Source: Azolla caroliniana
Taxonomy: Eukaryota > Plantae > Polypodiophyta
Direction: 5' to 3'
NCBI GenBank assembly: GCA_043228905.1
Contig: JBHGNT010000015.1
Span: forward strand, 10,106,001-10,170,000
DNA length: 64,000 nucleotides
Positions 49,345 through 58,665 of the stretch are shown one piece after another. The translations under genes and the position numbers were made by a program. Numbering within the stretch: position 1 is the stretch's first letter; every line of letters starts with the position of its first letter. Below the pieces are notes generated by a model, which saw nothing but the letters and a program-made list of their open reading frames with translations, made no database searches and was not told where the DNA came from.

Positions 49345-50991
49345 AGGGAAGATAATGTCATAGACACAATGGAATGTAGGGGGTTGAACCCATGACCCCT
49401 TGGTCTTATTGGGCAACCTTACCAATTTAGCTACATTCCATCTATGCATTATTGCATTGTATAAGTTTCAACTAATTACATTGTAAGTTAATCACTAGAA
49501 CTTTCAAGAAACTTCTAGAGAATGCATAGACATGCACTCTCTAGAAGTTTCCATGCATTCTCTAGATGTTTCCTAGCTTACATGCATACCACCACATTCT
49601 TGTATAAATACTTCAGTGCAATCAAGGTGAACAACACCAATTACGGAAGCATAATTTAGTTCTCACTCTTTTGTCTACCCCCCCTCTCTCTCTTGTTCTC
49701 TTGTCTATGCTCCTCTCTATCTATATATCTATCTTTCTCTCTTTCTTAATATTGAGCTCGCCTACTTGTCCTTGCCCTCGTCTACATCCGGGACACCTAC
49801 CATAGAAACATTCTTAAGGATTTACTTCATGTACTCCAGATGTTATACATCTATTTATATAATTTGTTCTGTTTACAGCTTCTACCCAGTAATACAATGA
49901 CATATTTTTTTCTGTCATTAAAGACCTTGCTATGTTCACCAAAGTTCAGTTTTTTCTCTCAGCAAATCCATTTTGTTGTGGAGTATATCTACATGTGAAC
50001 TGTCTTCTTAGTCCTTGATTGCATAGAAAATCAGAAAATTCATTTGAGAGGTATTCTCCTCATCCATCAGATCTTAAGCATTTTATTCTAGTTCCAGCTT
50101 GCTTTTCCACCATACATTTAAACTTACGAAAGCAATCAAATACTTCACTTTTTTCTTTCATGAAGTAAACCCATGTTTTCCTTGTGCAATCATCAATAAA
50201 TGTTACATAAAACTTACATCCACTAATTGATGCATTTTTTGTTGGTCCCCATACATCTGTATGTACCAAATCCAGCAAATGTTTGCTTACATGTCTTTCA
50301 TGAGGGAATGGCAACCTGTTTTACATCCCATATTGGCATGCTTAACATATTTTGCTCATCTTAGTCTTTCAACTTAGGCAGTCCAGCCACTGCATTTTTT
50401 CTCACATGTTTTTCAAGGTTTGCATACTTATGTGACCGATTCTTTTATGCCACATTTCCACATCTGAGATTACACTCATTCCTTCTGCAAACATGGTTGT
50501 AATCTTTTTAGGGATATCCGCATCTAATACAAACATCCTTCCTTGACATTTTCCTTTTGCAATAAGTTTTCCCTTTTCTCTATAAAGCATCCACTTTGCT
50601 TAATAAACTTAACTTGCATTCCTTGCTCTACTATCTGTCCAACAGAAATGTTGTTGGGGTGGGGGGTGAAGCCTAGAATGGCTTCACCCCCCTCCGAAGG
50701 GGGTTACAATAGAGAGAGAGAAGGAGAGAGTGAAAATAAGAATGACACCAAAATAAGAGGGAAAAAGTTATTCATTATATACCCCATAGGGGGTTTATAT
50801 AATACATCCAATGTAACGATTACATGACCGTCATAAATAAGACCGTTACACATTCTTGTACACATGCACATAATTGTGCATGTTTCCATACACATACTCA
50901 TCCTCACACACTCATTTACTTTACACATACACATCAACCACATCATTACACATACCCTTATGCTTCCCTGTATATTCTTACGGGTAACACA

Positions 50992-51009
50992 TGGCACGCC
51001 TGTGGGACA
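50992..51009 (+). promoter_or_regulatory. Inverted tRNA-Arg-like PBS at the PPT position of G2
   Basis: tggcacgcctgtgggaca, 2 nt from the LTR. Confidence 0.75.
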
Positions 51010-51309
51010 GTGCATTGCACGGTGAACCCACTCGCCATGGCAATTCTTCTCGACCAGAACTCCATCGGTCGTCTCAACGGTCGGAAATCCCTCGACTGGA
51101 TCACTGCTCTACGATCGATAACTTCGATCGGAGCTTTGCTTGACTCGAACCTTCTCGTTCGGTCAACACAAGTCGCGATTGGATCATACACCAATTTGCT
51201 AGTTCAATGTGGCATGGGTCATGAAATCGTGTTGTGCGTTTGTGTATTCTCTAGTTCATTCATGTGAGTTGGGTTTTATGTTTTATACACCTTGGTCTAT
51301 CGAATTTTT

Positions 51310-51560
51310 ACCCTCAAGTGTTTTTTTTTTGAAATTTTAATTTTGGCCCTTGAGTTTTCAAAATTCTACATTCTGCCCTTGAGCTTTTGAAATTTCATCT
51401 CATATCCTTGAGCTTTTGAAATTTTGTCTTCTACACTCGAGCTTTTGAAAGTCGATGGTATGCCCTCGAATTATTGAAATTTTCCTCTCTGCCCTTGTGT
51501 TTCTGAAGTTCGGTTGCATGCCCTCGCATTATTGTAATTTTTATCCCACTCTCAAGCTTT
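51310..51560. repeat. Degenerate ~30-bp tandem repeats (cccttgagcttttgaaattt) in the G2 interior
   Basis: About 7 visible units. Confidence 0.75.
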
Positions 51561-52048
51561 TATTTTACTTCTTTGTCTTTTTCTTCCTTTCTATTTTCTT
51601 CTCTGTATTTGTTGCCGTTGCTCTCTCTCTCTCTCTCTCTCTTGCTCTAACGGCTCTCTCTGTCGCTGTCGTCGCCGTCGCCGTCACCGTCGCCGTCATC
51701 TGCAGCCGTCGCCGTCTGCTCTCTCTCTCTCTTGCTCGCTTCCTCGTCTCTCTCTGTCGCCGGCTAGTGTCGTCACGTCTACCGTCTGTTGCTGCCGCCG
51801 TCTACCGTCTGCTGCCGCCATCTGCCGTCGTTTGACGACTGCCACCGTCACCGTCGCCGTCACGGGGTGTTTTGTTCTCCGTTTTCTCTTGATGTGGTGA
51901 AGTGCCTTTTTCTCGACGAGTTCGTGGGTGGGTTCTTTTGGTGTGCTCGTCCCGTGCTACAAAATGCCGATGTGATTGCGACACACACACAAACTCGGCT
52001 AAGTCTCGAACCCATTTATTTTACCTTTTTTTTCTTATTGACACCACA

Positions 52049-52861
52049 ATGACGTCTAGACGGACTAAGGAACTTAAGGATATACAAGACGAGGCTATAA
52101 GTAAGGAGGACTTTTTAGATATGTTTAATCGTTTAACAAAAATAGAGATGGATATGAAAAAATGGGTGAAAGACACCGAAACCCACAAGAAAAAAGATAG
52201 AGAGGAAAAAGACGCCCTCAAGGCCGAAATAGAACAACTTAAAGTAGAAAACATCGACCTTAAAAAACAACTTAAGGACATCGAGGTATCTCAAGAAGAC
52301 GGTGAAATATCCTCTATAGAGGATATAAAGGACGAAATTAAAAAAGTTAAAGAGGAAGTTAATAATAACATAGAGTTAGCTAAAACGGGTTGGGTAGATG
52401 TGGTTAAAAGAAACATTAAAAAAGAAATAAAAGATGAAAATATTGTTAACACCACCCTTGAAGAAGAGAAAATGCGTCAGGCCTGACGCTTAAATGTACG
52501 TGTCACTGGGCTCCAGGAAGGTGCATCCCCAAATGAGGACGCACAAACACTTGGGAATATGTTAGGGTACACAGAGGCCCTACCTATCACCAAAGCATGG
52601 AGGGCCGGGCGTGACACAACTAGGAAGAGAGCCTTAGTCCTTCAATTTAAAGACTTAGAATCTAGAATCACTTTCTTTAAGAAGAGACCAATCCTTCGAG
52701 GAATGGATGGGGACCCCATCTATCTCGATGAAGACCTCACTAAGATGCAAATTGAGCATCGCAAGAGTTGTATGCCACGAGTTATGCAAGCTCGTAAAGA
52801 AGGCCATCACGCCTTTTACCGAGACGGGCGAGTGATCATAAATGATCGCACTACTAACTAA
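52049..52861 (+). pseudogene. LINE ORF1 (coiled coil plus RRM/CTD-like; RxNVRVTGL, PIYLDEDLT) with one internal TGA
   Basis: ATG at 52049, one frame through to TAA at 52859-52861. The TGA at 52484-52486 is probably a CGA>TGA change. Confidence 0.8.
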
Positions 52862-52867
52862 CGGCGT

Positions 52868-55800
52868 GTGGCCCATGTGACAAAAAATGCACTTAGGATG
52901 ACCCTATGGAATTGTAATGGCGCACTCTGGGCACACCCCGGCCGCCTAGAGGAGATACTAAAGGTATCTAATATACTTTTCTTGGTAGAAACACATCAGA
53001 GCCCAAATAGAGGACTCCCACTGGTCGAAGGATTCCGTTGGGAGACCGCTTTTAGACAAACCTCACGTCGACACACTACTAGGGGATCTGGAGGTGTCGC
53101 GATACTATTTCGTAGAGAGCTACATAATAGGATAGAAATAATGAAGATAGACCCAGAAGCTCGTTTTATGTGGGTGAAAGTCTCCACAAGCAAAGACCAT
53201 GCAGTATTTTTCGCCATTTGTTACTTTCCCCCAAAAGGATCCCGTTATAATATTAGTGGCTTGACGAGATTAGTCGATGAAGGAATGCCACATGGGCCTT
53301 CTCCATACGAACCCCTATCGGATGACATAATCCGATATTCTTCCCAAGGAGAAGTATTTCTTGTAGGAGACTTCAATGCGAGAACCCAATCCCGACAATG
53401 CACAGTATTTCAGATGAATAGAAACCTAGAAATGGTAAATGTTGATCCTTTAGACATAGGCACCACATGTAGATCAAAGGATCAAGGTGCGGACGCCATG
53501 AGCTTTGGCCATCATCTGCTCGAACTTGGCAGTCGGCACCAGATGGTCATATATAATGGTTTAGCTAAGTGGCCGGGCTCGGAAGAGCTCACATGTTTCC
53601 CACATGGAGGAGGGGAAAGCACAGTTGACTATCTAATAGGGCGCCCGGCAGCTACCCACATGATTAACTCCTTCCGAGTGGCCCCATGCCCTATTGGTGC
53701 AGACCATAGCTTCTTATACTTCGAGCTAAAATGTGATATCTCTAAGGTCACCAAGTCTAGTCAACCATGCCATCACACCACAATACATTTCACACATGAG
53801 CTCTCTGACATATACTCTCAACATGTTCAGGCCCATCTCCCCTCCATTGATCCCTCTCTACCGTTAGAAAGCCTTAGTACAAAACTCACACACATCCTTC
53901 ACTCCGCAGCAGCTAGCAGTTTCCCATATACAAAACACTCAAATCAAGGTAGATCAGGATCAATGCCACAAAATAAATGGTATGACGAGGATTGTAGGGA
54001 CCTACATAGACAACTTACAGTATCGCAACTCAATGGTAGTATTACCTCCACACAAGCTCGCAAAGAAATGCGTAAGATGACACGTTGTAAGAGACGAGCG
54101 TGGGAGGCATCCCAATACTGGGAACTCTACCATATGCTCATGAGTAGCAATTGCGCCATGGCATGGAAGAGACTACGGGAGCCAAGACCACAAACACCCA
54201 TCAAAGATCCCGAAACTTGGCACACATATACAGAGAGACTTTACCAAATCCCAAACCAACCACCTTTTCCAATGCCTTCCACACCCCGGCCTACCACGGG
54301 GACACTTTTCACGACCTCTAGGGTCATGAAGGTCATAATGAAATTACAACATAGGAAGTCCATGGACCACACAGGATTGCGAGCAGAACACATTATATAT
54401 GCCAGAGAGTGCCTAGCTCCCTTGCTAACTCTAATCTTCAATCGTGCCCTTGCGGAGGGTTTTCCACCACAGTGGACTATGAATACAGTGACCCCCATAC
54501 ATAAAGGGGGGGATCCCATGGACCCAAATACATATAGGACCATTATGATAGGCCATACCCTTGCTAAGTTATATGGTGCAGTAATGGAAGCAGAGCTTAG
54601 CGACTACATGGAGACCCTAAACCTTCGTGCACCTGAACAAGCTGGCTTTCGACGAGCCTTCTCCACTATTGATCACATCTTCACACTTAGATGCCTAATT
54701 GACCAAACTAGGGCTCACAAGAAGAGATTATATTGTTGTTTTGTGGAATTCCGCAAAGCCTTTGACACAGTCCCTAGAGATCGGTTGTCTGATAGACTTA
54801 AAAGCTTGAGGATACCAGATGATATGGTATGGGCCATCTACGCACTATATGAACAAGTGTCCGGGTGTGTCCGATGCCCAGGTGGCCTATCCAATCGTTT
54901 CACTAGCACTATTGGTGTAAAACAAGGTTGCCCCCTATCACCGACGCTTTTTGGGATCTACATTGATGAGATCACAGATTTTATTGCTCGTGAGGGAGGC
55001 ACCGGAGTGGTCCTTGGGGATACGCAGGTTCGTATCTTGCTCTATGCGGATGACATAGTTTTGCTCTCTGAATCCGAACACGACCTACAGAGGCACCTCA
55101 ATGCCTTAGATGACTTTTGTGTACAACGAGGATTGGTAGTGAATCTAGGGAAAACGAAAGTCCTTATCTTCCACACATCGGCCCAAGTTAGAGCTACGTG
55201 TCACCTAACTATCTCCCATAGCCCAGTCGAGGTGGTTGGATCGTACGTATATCTCGGAGTCACTTTTAGTGCCCGCTCAGGTAAATTTTCGATGACACAG
55301 GCAGTGAAGGATAGACTCACGAGAGGACATGCATCCCTCTCACTCCTAGAGAGACAATGCCACCAAGCACACTTTCAAGAGCCACGGACTAAAGGGTGGC
55401 TCTTTGACTCATTAGTGACCCCCTCCCTCATGTATGCATCAGCGGTTTGGGCTCCAGGATTACCATCCTTCATGTGGACGCAATTAGAGAGACCATTGGT
55501 GATGATGCTATCACGCCAACTCCGAAGCAAATCGACTGTACCACATGACATTATTAGGGCCGAGTTCACGTTACCCCCAATGCTAGTAGAGGCACTTTTT
55601 CAACTTGTAGTCTTTATTGATAGGATACATAGCCAACCACATGATAGAATATCTCATCAAGCCTTTAAGGCCTCTCGATCATTGTATGAGTCCGGCTATA
55701 CTAGCTCATGGTATGGCATGATGGTGACTTGGCTTCTTGCGAATGGTCTAGACATTAATAACCTAGCTCCCCTTAGGTACAACCACACGAGTGATAACAC

Positions 55801-56599
55801 CTTAATCTCTCATGAGAACCGCAATAAAGTAATACGCCAAGAAATATGGCAAATTTACACTCGGTGTAAATGGATCACCCCACTAGAGCCACTCCCATCT
55901 AAAATGTCGTACTATAAGAAACACTTCATGCACTTCTCTGAGTTAGGTTTTATCACGCAGCCAAAATATCTAGATGTATTCTTACCACATGCACTAAGGG
56001 TTGCCATTGGACAACTTAGAATATCATCTCACCAACTTGAGATTGAAAATGGCCGTACTAGTGGAGTCCCTAGGGAGGAAAGGATATGTAGGTTATGTCA
56101 CATAGAGATAGAGGATGAGTACCACTTTACATGCAAGTGTCCAACCTATGCCGAGATAAGGGCAAAATACCAAGACATACTTGGTCCGTCTCCCACCCTC
56201 CCCAAACTATTAGATACTCTAGATATAAAGAAATTAGGCAAATACATTCTAGAGCTAAAACAACACAAAGAGAATAAATTACAAAATGTTGACAATAATG
56301 TTGCTAATGATCACGAACATGTAACAAATGCAGTTTTTCAGGAACCTGAGGAGACAACGAATGCCGACACACTTGCACCACTCGGCCTTTCCATTGATGA
56401 GGCAGAAAACCAGAGAAGAACCAGACGTCCTCGGGTGCCGAGTTTCAAAGCAACTCAACGTGATGTGGAAGCAATATTGAAAATAAGGGAACGTGAGCTA
56501 CACCGCCTAGAAGCCATGACTAGGGCACTCTCTCCATTGGAACCCACATCAAGACCCTTTGACCCCCCACTTCTTTTCGAGAGGCTTGGGTGGAAATAA
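52868..56599 (+). CDS. LINE ORF2: AP endonuclease, reverse transcriptase and C-terminal CCHC
   Basis: Open 1243-codon frame with WNCNG, ET, GDFNA, DY and DH (APE), QGCPLSP and YADD (RT), and CRLC..EDEYHF..C. Confidence 0.95.
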   Translation: MAHVTKNALRMTLWNCNGALWAHPGRLEEILKVSNILFLVETHQSPNRGLPLVEGFRWETAFRQTSRRHTTRGSGGVAILFRRELHNRIEIMKIDPEARFMWVKVSTSKDHAVFFAICYFPPKGSRYNISGLTRLVDEGMPHGPSPYEPLSDDIIRYSSQGEVFLVGDFNARTQSRQCTVFQMNRNLEMVNVDPLDIGTTCRSKDQGADAMSFGHHLLELGSRHQMVIYNGLAKWPGSEELTCFPHGGGESTVDYLIGRPAATHMINSFRVAPCPIGADHSFLYFELKCDISKVTKSSQPCHHTTIHFTHELSDIYSQHVQAHLPSIDPSLPLESLSTKLTHILHSAAASSFPYTKHSNQGRSGSMPQNKWYDEDCRDLHRQLTVSQLNGSITSTQARKEMRKMTRCKRRAWEASQYWELYHMLMSSNCAMAWKRLREPRPQTPIKDPETWHTYTERLYQIPNQPPFPMPSTPRPTTGTLFTTSRVMKVIMKLQHRKSMDHTGLRAEHIIYARECLAPLLTLIFNRALAEGFPPQWTMNTVTPIHKGGDPMDPNTYRTIMIGHTLAKLYGAVMEAELSDYMETLNLRAPEQAGFRRAFSTIDHIFTLRCLIDQTRAHKKRLYCCFVEFRKAFDTVPRDRLSDRLKSLRIPDDMVWAIYALYEQVSGCVRCPGGLSNRFTSTIGVKQGCPLSPTLFGIYIDEITDFIAREGGTGVVLGDTQVRILLYADDIVLLSESEHDLQRHLNALDDFCVQRGLVVNLGKTKVLIFHTSAQVRATCHLTISHSPVEVVGSYVYLGVTFSARSGKFSMTQAVKDRLTRGHASLSLLERQCHQAHFQEPRTKGWLFDSLVTPSLMYASAVWAPGLPSFMWTQLERPLVMMLSRQLRSKSTVPHDIIRAEFTLPPMLVEALFQLVVFIDRIHSQPHDRISHQAFKASRSLYESGYTSSWYGMMVTWLLANGLDINNLAPLRYNHTSDNTLISHENRNKVIRQEIWQIYTRCKWITPLEPLPSKMSYYKKHFMHFSELGFITQPKYLDVFLPHALRVAIGQLRISSHQLEIENGRTSGVPREERICRLCHIEIEDEYHFTCKCPTYAEIRAKYQDILGPSPTLPKLLDTLDIKKLGKYILELKQHKENKLQNVDNNVANDHEHVTNAVFQEPEETTNADTLAPLGLSIDEAENQRRTRRPRVPSFKATQRDVEAILKIRERELHRLEAMTRALSPLEPTSRPFDPPLLFERLGWK

Positions 56600-56783
56600 A
56601 ATTAGGCTTAGTGTATAGTCACTTTCGAGTATACTACATATTGTACACTACTAGAACTCTTTTAGTTTAAGTTCTATTTTTTTTTACTTAATTTTATTTT
56701 TAGTTATGATGACTGGATAAATACTCTATTGTTGTAAACCAATTGTCTCATGGGCCAAATTTGGCCTTAGAAGACGTTAATAC

Positions 56784-56815
<32 letters not shown>

Positions 56816-57099
56816 GTCTTCTTCCTATGTTCTTCTCCTTCCTTTCTTCGGTTTCTTCTTCACCTTCATATGTTTCTCCTTCTTTAGCCATGGCAGAGCT
56901 CGGTGCAGCTCTCTCTCTACTTTGTCTTGGTTTGTGTCTGTATCTGTGTCTATGTCTGTTTAGGTCGTTTATGTTCGTCGGCCGTCGGTCGGGCCTGTCC
57001 GTTGGTCATCTATCGACTGTCGATTGTTGCCGTCACCGGTTGTCTAATGGCCATCTCTCAGTTCGGCCGGGTGAGTCGTCGGTGGTCGTGTCTGTTCGG

Positions 57100-57500
57100 C
57101 CAGTGTCTTTTTGGTTGTCTCTCTTGAGTGGTTGTTTGGCCATACTCTCAGCTACGCATCTCGGCCATATTCTTGGCCGCGCGTCTCAGCCGTCGTTTTT
57201 CGGCCATCACTTGGTTGTACTCTCAGCCACGTTTTGGCCGTACTCTCAGCCATCTGTCTCGACCGCGTGTCTCCGCCGTACTGTCGGCCACTCTCGGCCA
57301 TACTCTAGGCCACGCGTCTCCACCGTCTTCTAAGACGTGCATCTTGATCGTGCTTTCGGCTGCGCATCTCGACTATGCTCTTTGCCGTGCGTCTTGGCCG
57401 TCGTTTCTCGGCCATCACTTGGCCGTACTCTCGGCCATGCGGCTTGGTCGTACTCTCGGCCACGCATCTTTCGGCCGTACTCGGTCTGGCCGGTTATATG
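57100..57500. repeat. Degenerate GC-rich tandem repeats (ggccgtactctcggccacgc-like) in the G2 interior
   Basis: Many repeated tactctc[a/g]gcc / ggccgtac units. Confidence 0.7.
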
Positions 57501-58651
57501 AACGCCTAGCCGGTCGGCTGTCCGGTTGGCTGTTGGCACTGGCTGTTGGCACTGGCTGTCGCCGTCTATCTGTTGGCCACCGCTCCTGGCCGGTCCGGGT
57601 CCATCCGTTGTACAACGGTCGTCGCTATTTGGTGTCATCTATGGTTGCTAGACACCGGTTGTCTGGCCGTCTGTCGGCCTTTTTCATTCGCCGGTCCTCT
57701 CTCAGCCAATACTCGGTTGTTGGCCATCCCTGAGCCCTGGCATGTTGTCAGAGCTCACAATGAGTGCATACGTTTCTCTATTGATAGAATAACAGGTGCT
57801 TCATCATGTCCACTAATAGGAGATACGCCACACACCCTATGCAATAGATGTTGAAGGACTTGTAGTTTGATCCCATTTTGTACTTGTTGATTACCACAGG
57901 TGAGAGTGACAGAGGTTGATAGAAGAGGCAATAGTTGATTGCCCACAATAGCATAAGGATGAAGGCCGCCATGTCCACACCTAGATACTACCCTCGTTTT
58001 TGTAAAAGGCATAGGTCCGTATAGGAAAGAGTTCATCTTTTCTGCTTTAGTGCTGAAGACGAGGCCATTGACATTGATTACACACAAGAATAGAGGAAGA
58101 GAAGGAGTGGGATATACCATGGGTCTGAATGACTGAGTCTGTCTCCTTCGACGATGACCAAAATACAACTTGTGGTAGCAATGTGTTGCAGCAAGGTAAA
58201 ATGATCATGCATGTTGATCTTCAAAGCGAGAAGAGAACCAGTAAGGGGGTGTAGGTAGTTGGATGAGATGATGACAATTAGAATCACAATAGTAGCTTGC
58301 TTCTGTAGTAGTTAATGAAGAAGCAAAATCAGAAATCATTTTGTAAGAGGATTAACACACATATGCGGGACAGAAACCTTGTGCTCCCTGATCACACTGA
58401 ACAACCAAGAGCAAGCAAGAAATTTAGGGTTATGGGAAAGAGAAATAGATAGGCTTCCTCTCAAGGGGTAGTGTGGAGATCTCCATCACAGTTTGGCTCT
58501 CACACAAAGAATCCACATACAAACCACACTCTCGAACACAGATATCTATATGTAGAGAGGGTGAGAACGAGGGACTAGTTAGGGATTAGTGATGGAGCGG
58601 GAGAGTGAGGGAGGGAGAGAGTGACCTCTTCTCAAGGGAGGTCGTCCGTTC

Positions 58652-58665
58652 AAGCGTGCCAAAAG
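58652..58665 (-). promoter_or_regulatory. G2 primer-binding site (tRNA-Arg-like)
   Basis: Minus strand reads cttt-tggcacgctt directly after the LTR, in the same context as 62748-62761. Confidence 0.75.

Larger units (their letters stand above)
38953..49795 (+). mobile_element. Tcn1/Tf1-like chromoviral Ty3/Gypsy 'E'
   Basis: 5' LTR 38953-39355 (last bases resume at 44754 after F) and 3' LTR 49356-49795. PPT agagggaagataa at 49343-49355. Decayed TSD cctgt/cctac. Fungal-type pol (ENLAKGFIQPSKSP, AEFSYNNSIHAST) and chromodomain (EYEVGQILDSR...YLVLWKGY...TWE). Confidence 0.9.
51600..56815 (+). mobile_element. Near full-length two-ORF non-LTR retrotransposon, RTEX-like; 5' boundary uncertain (51600-52040)
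   Basis: ORF1 plus APE-RT-CCHC ORF2, an AT-rich 3' UTR and a (CTTT)n tail at ~56786-56815. No clear TSD. Confidence 0.88.

Noticed and set aside
51310-51560. Regularly spaced repeats as a CRISPR array or DNA-transposon TIR
   Set aside because: The units are degenerate, the context is eukaryotic, there are no cas genes, and I found no matching inverted copy.
56743-57733. Overlapping ~200-aa ORFs
   Set aside because: They arise from stop-poor degenerate GC-rich repeats.
57755-58287. Minus-strand ORFs in the G2 interior as possible captured genes
   Set aside because: No recognisable motifs and no second copy here to show conservation.
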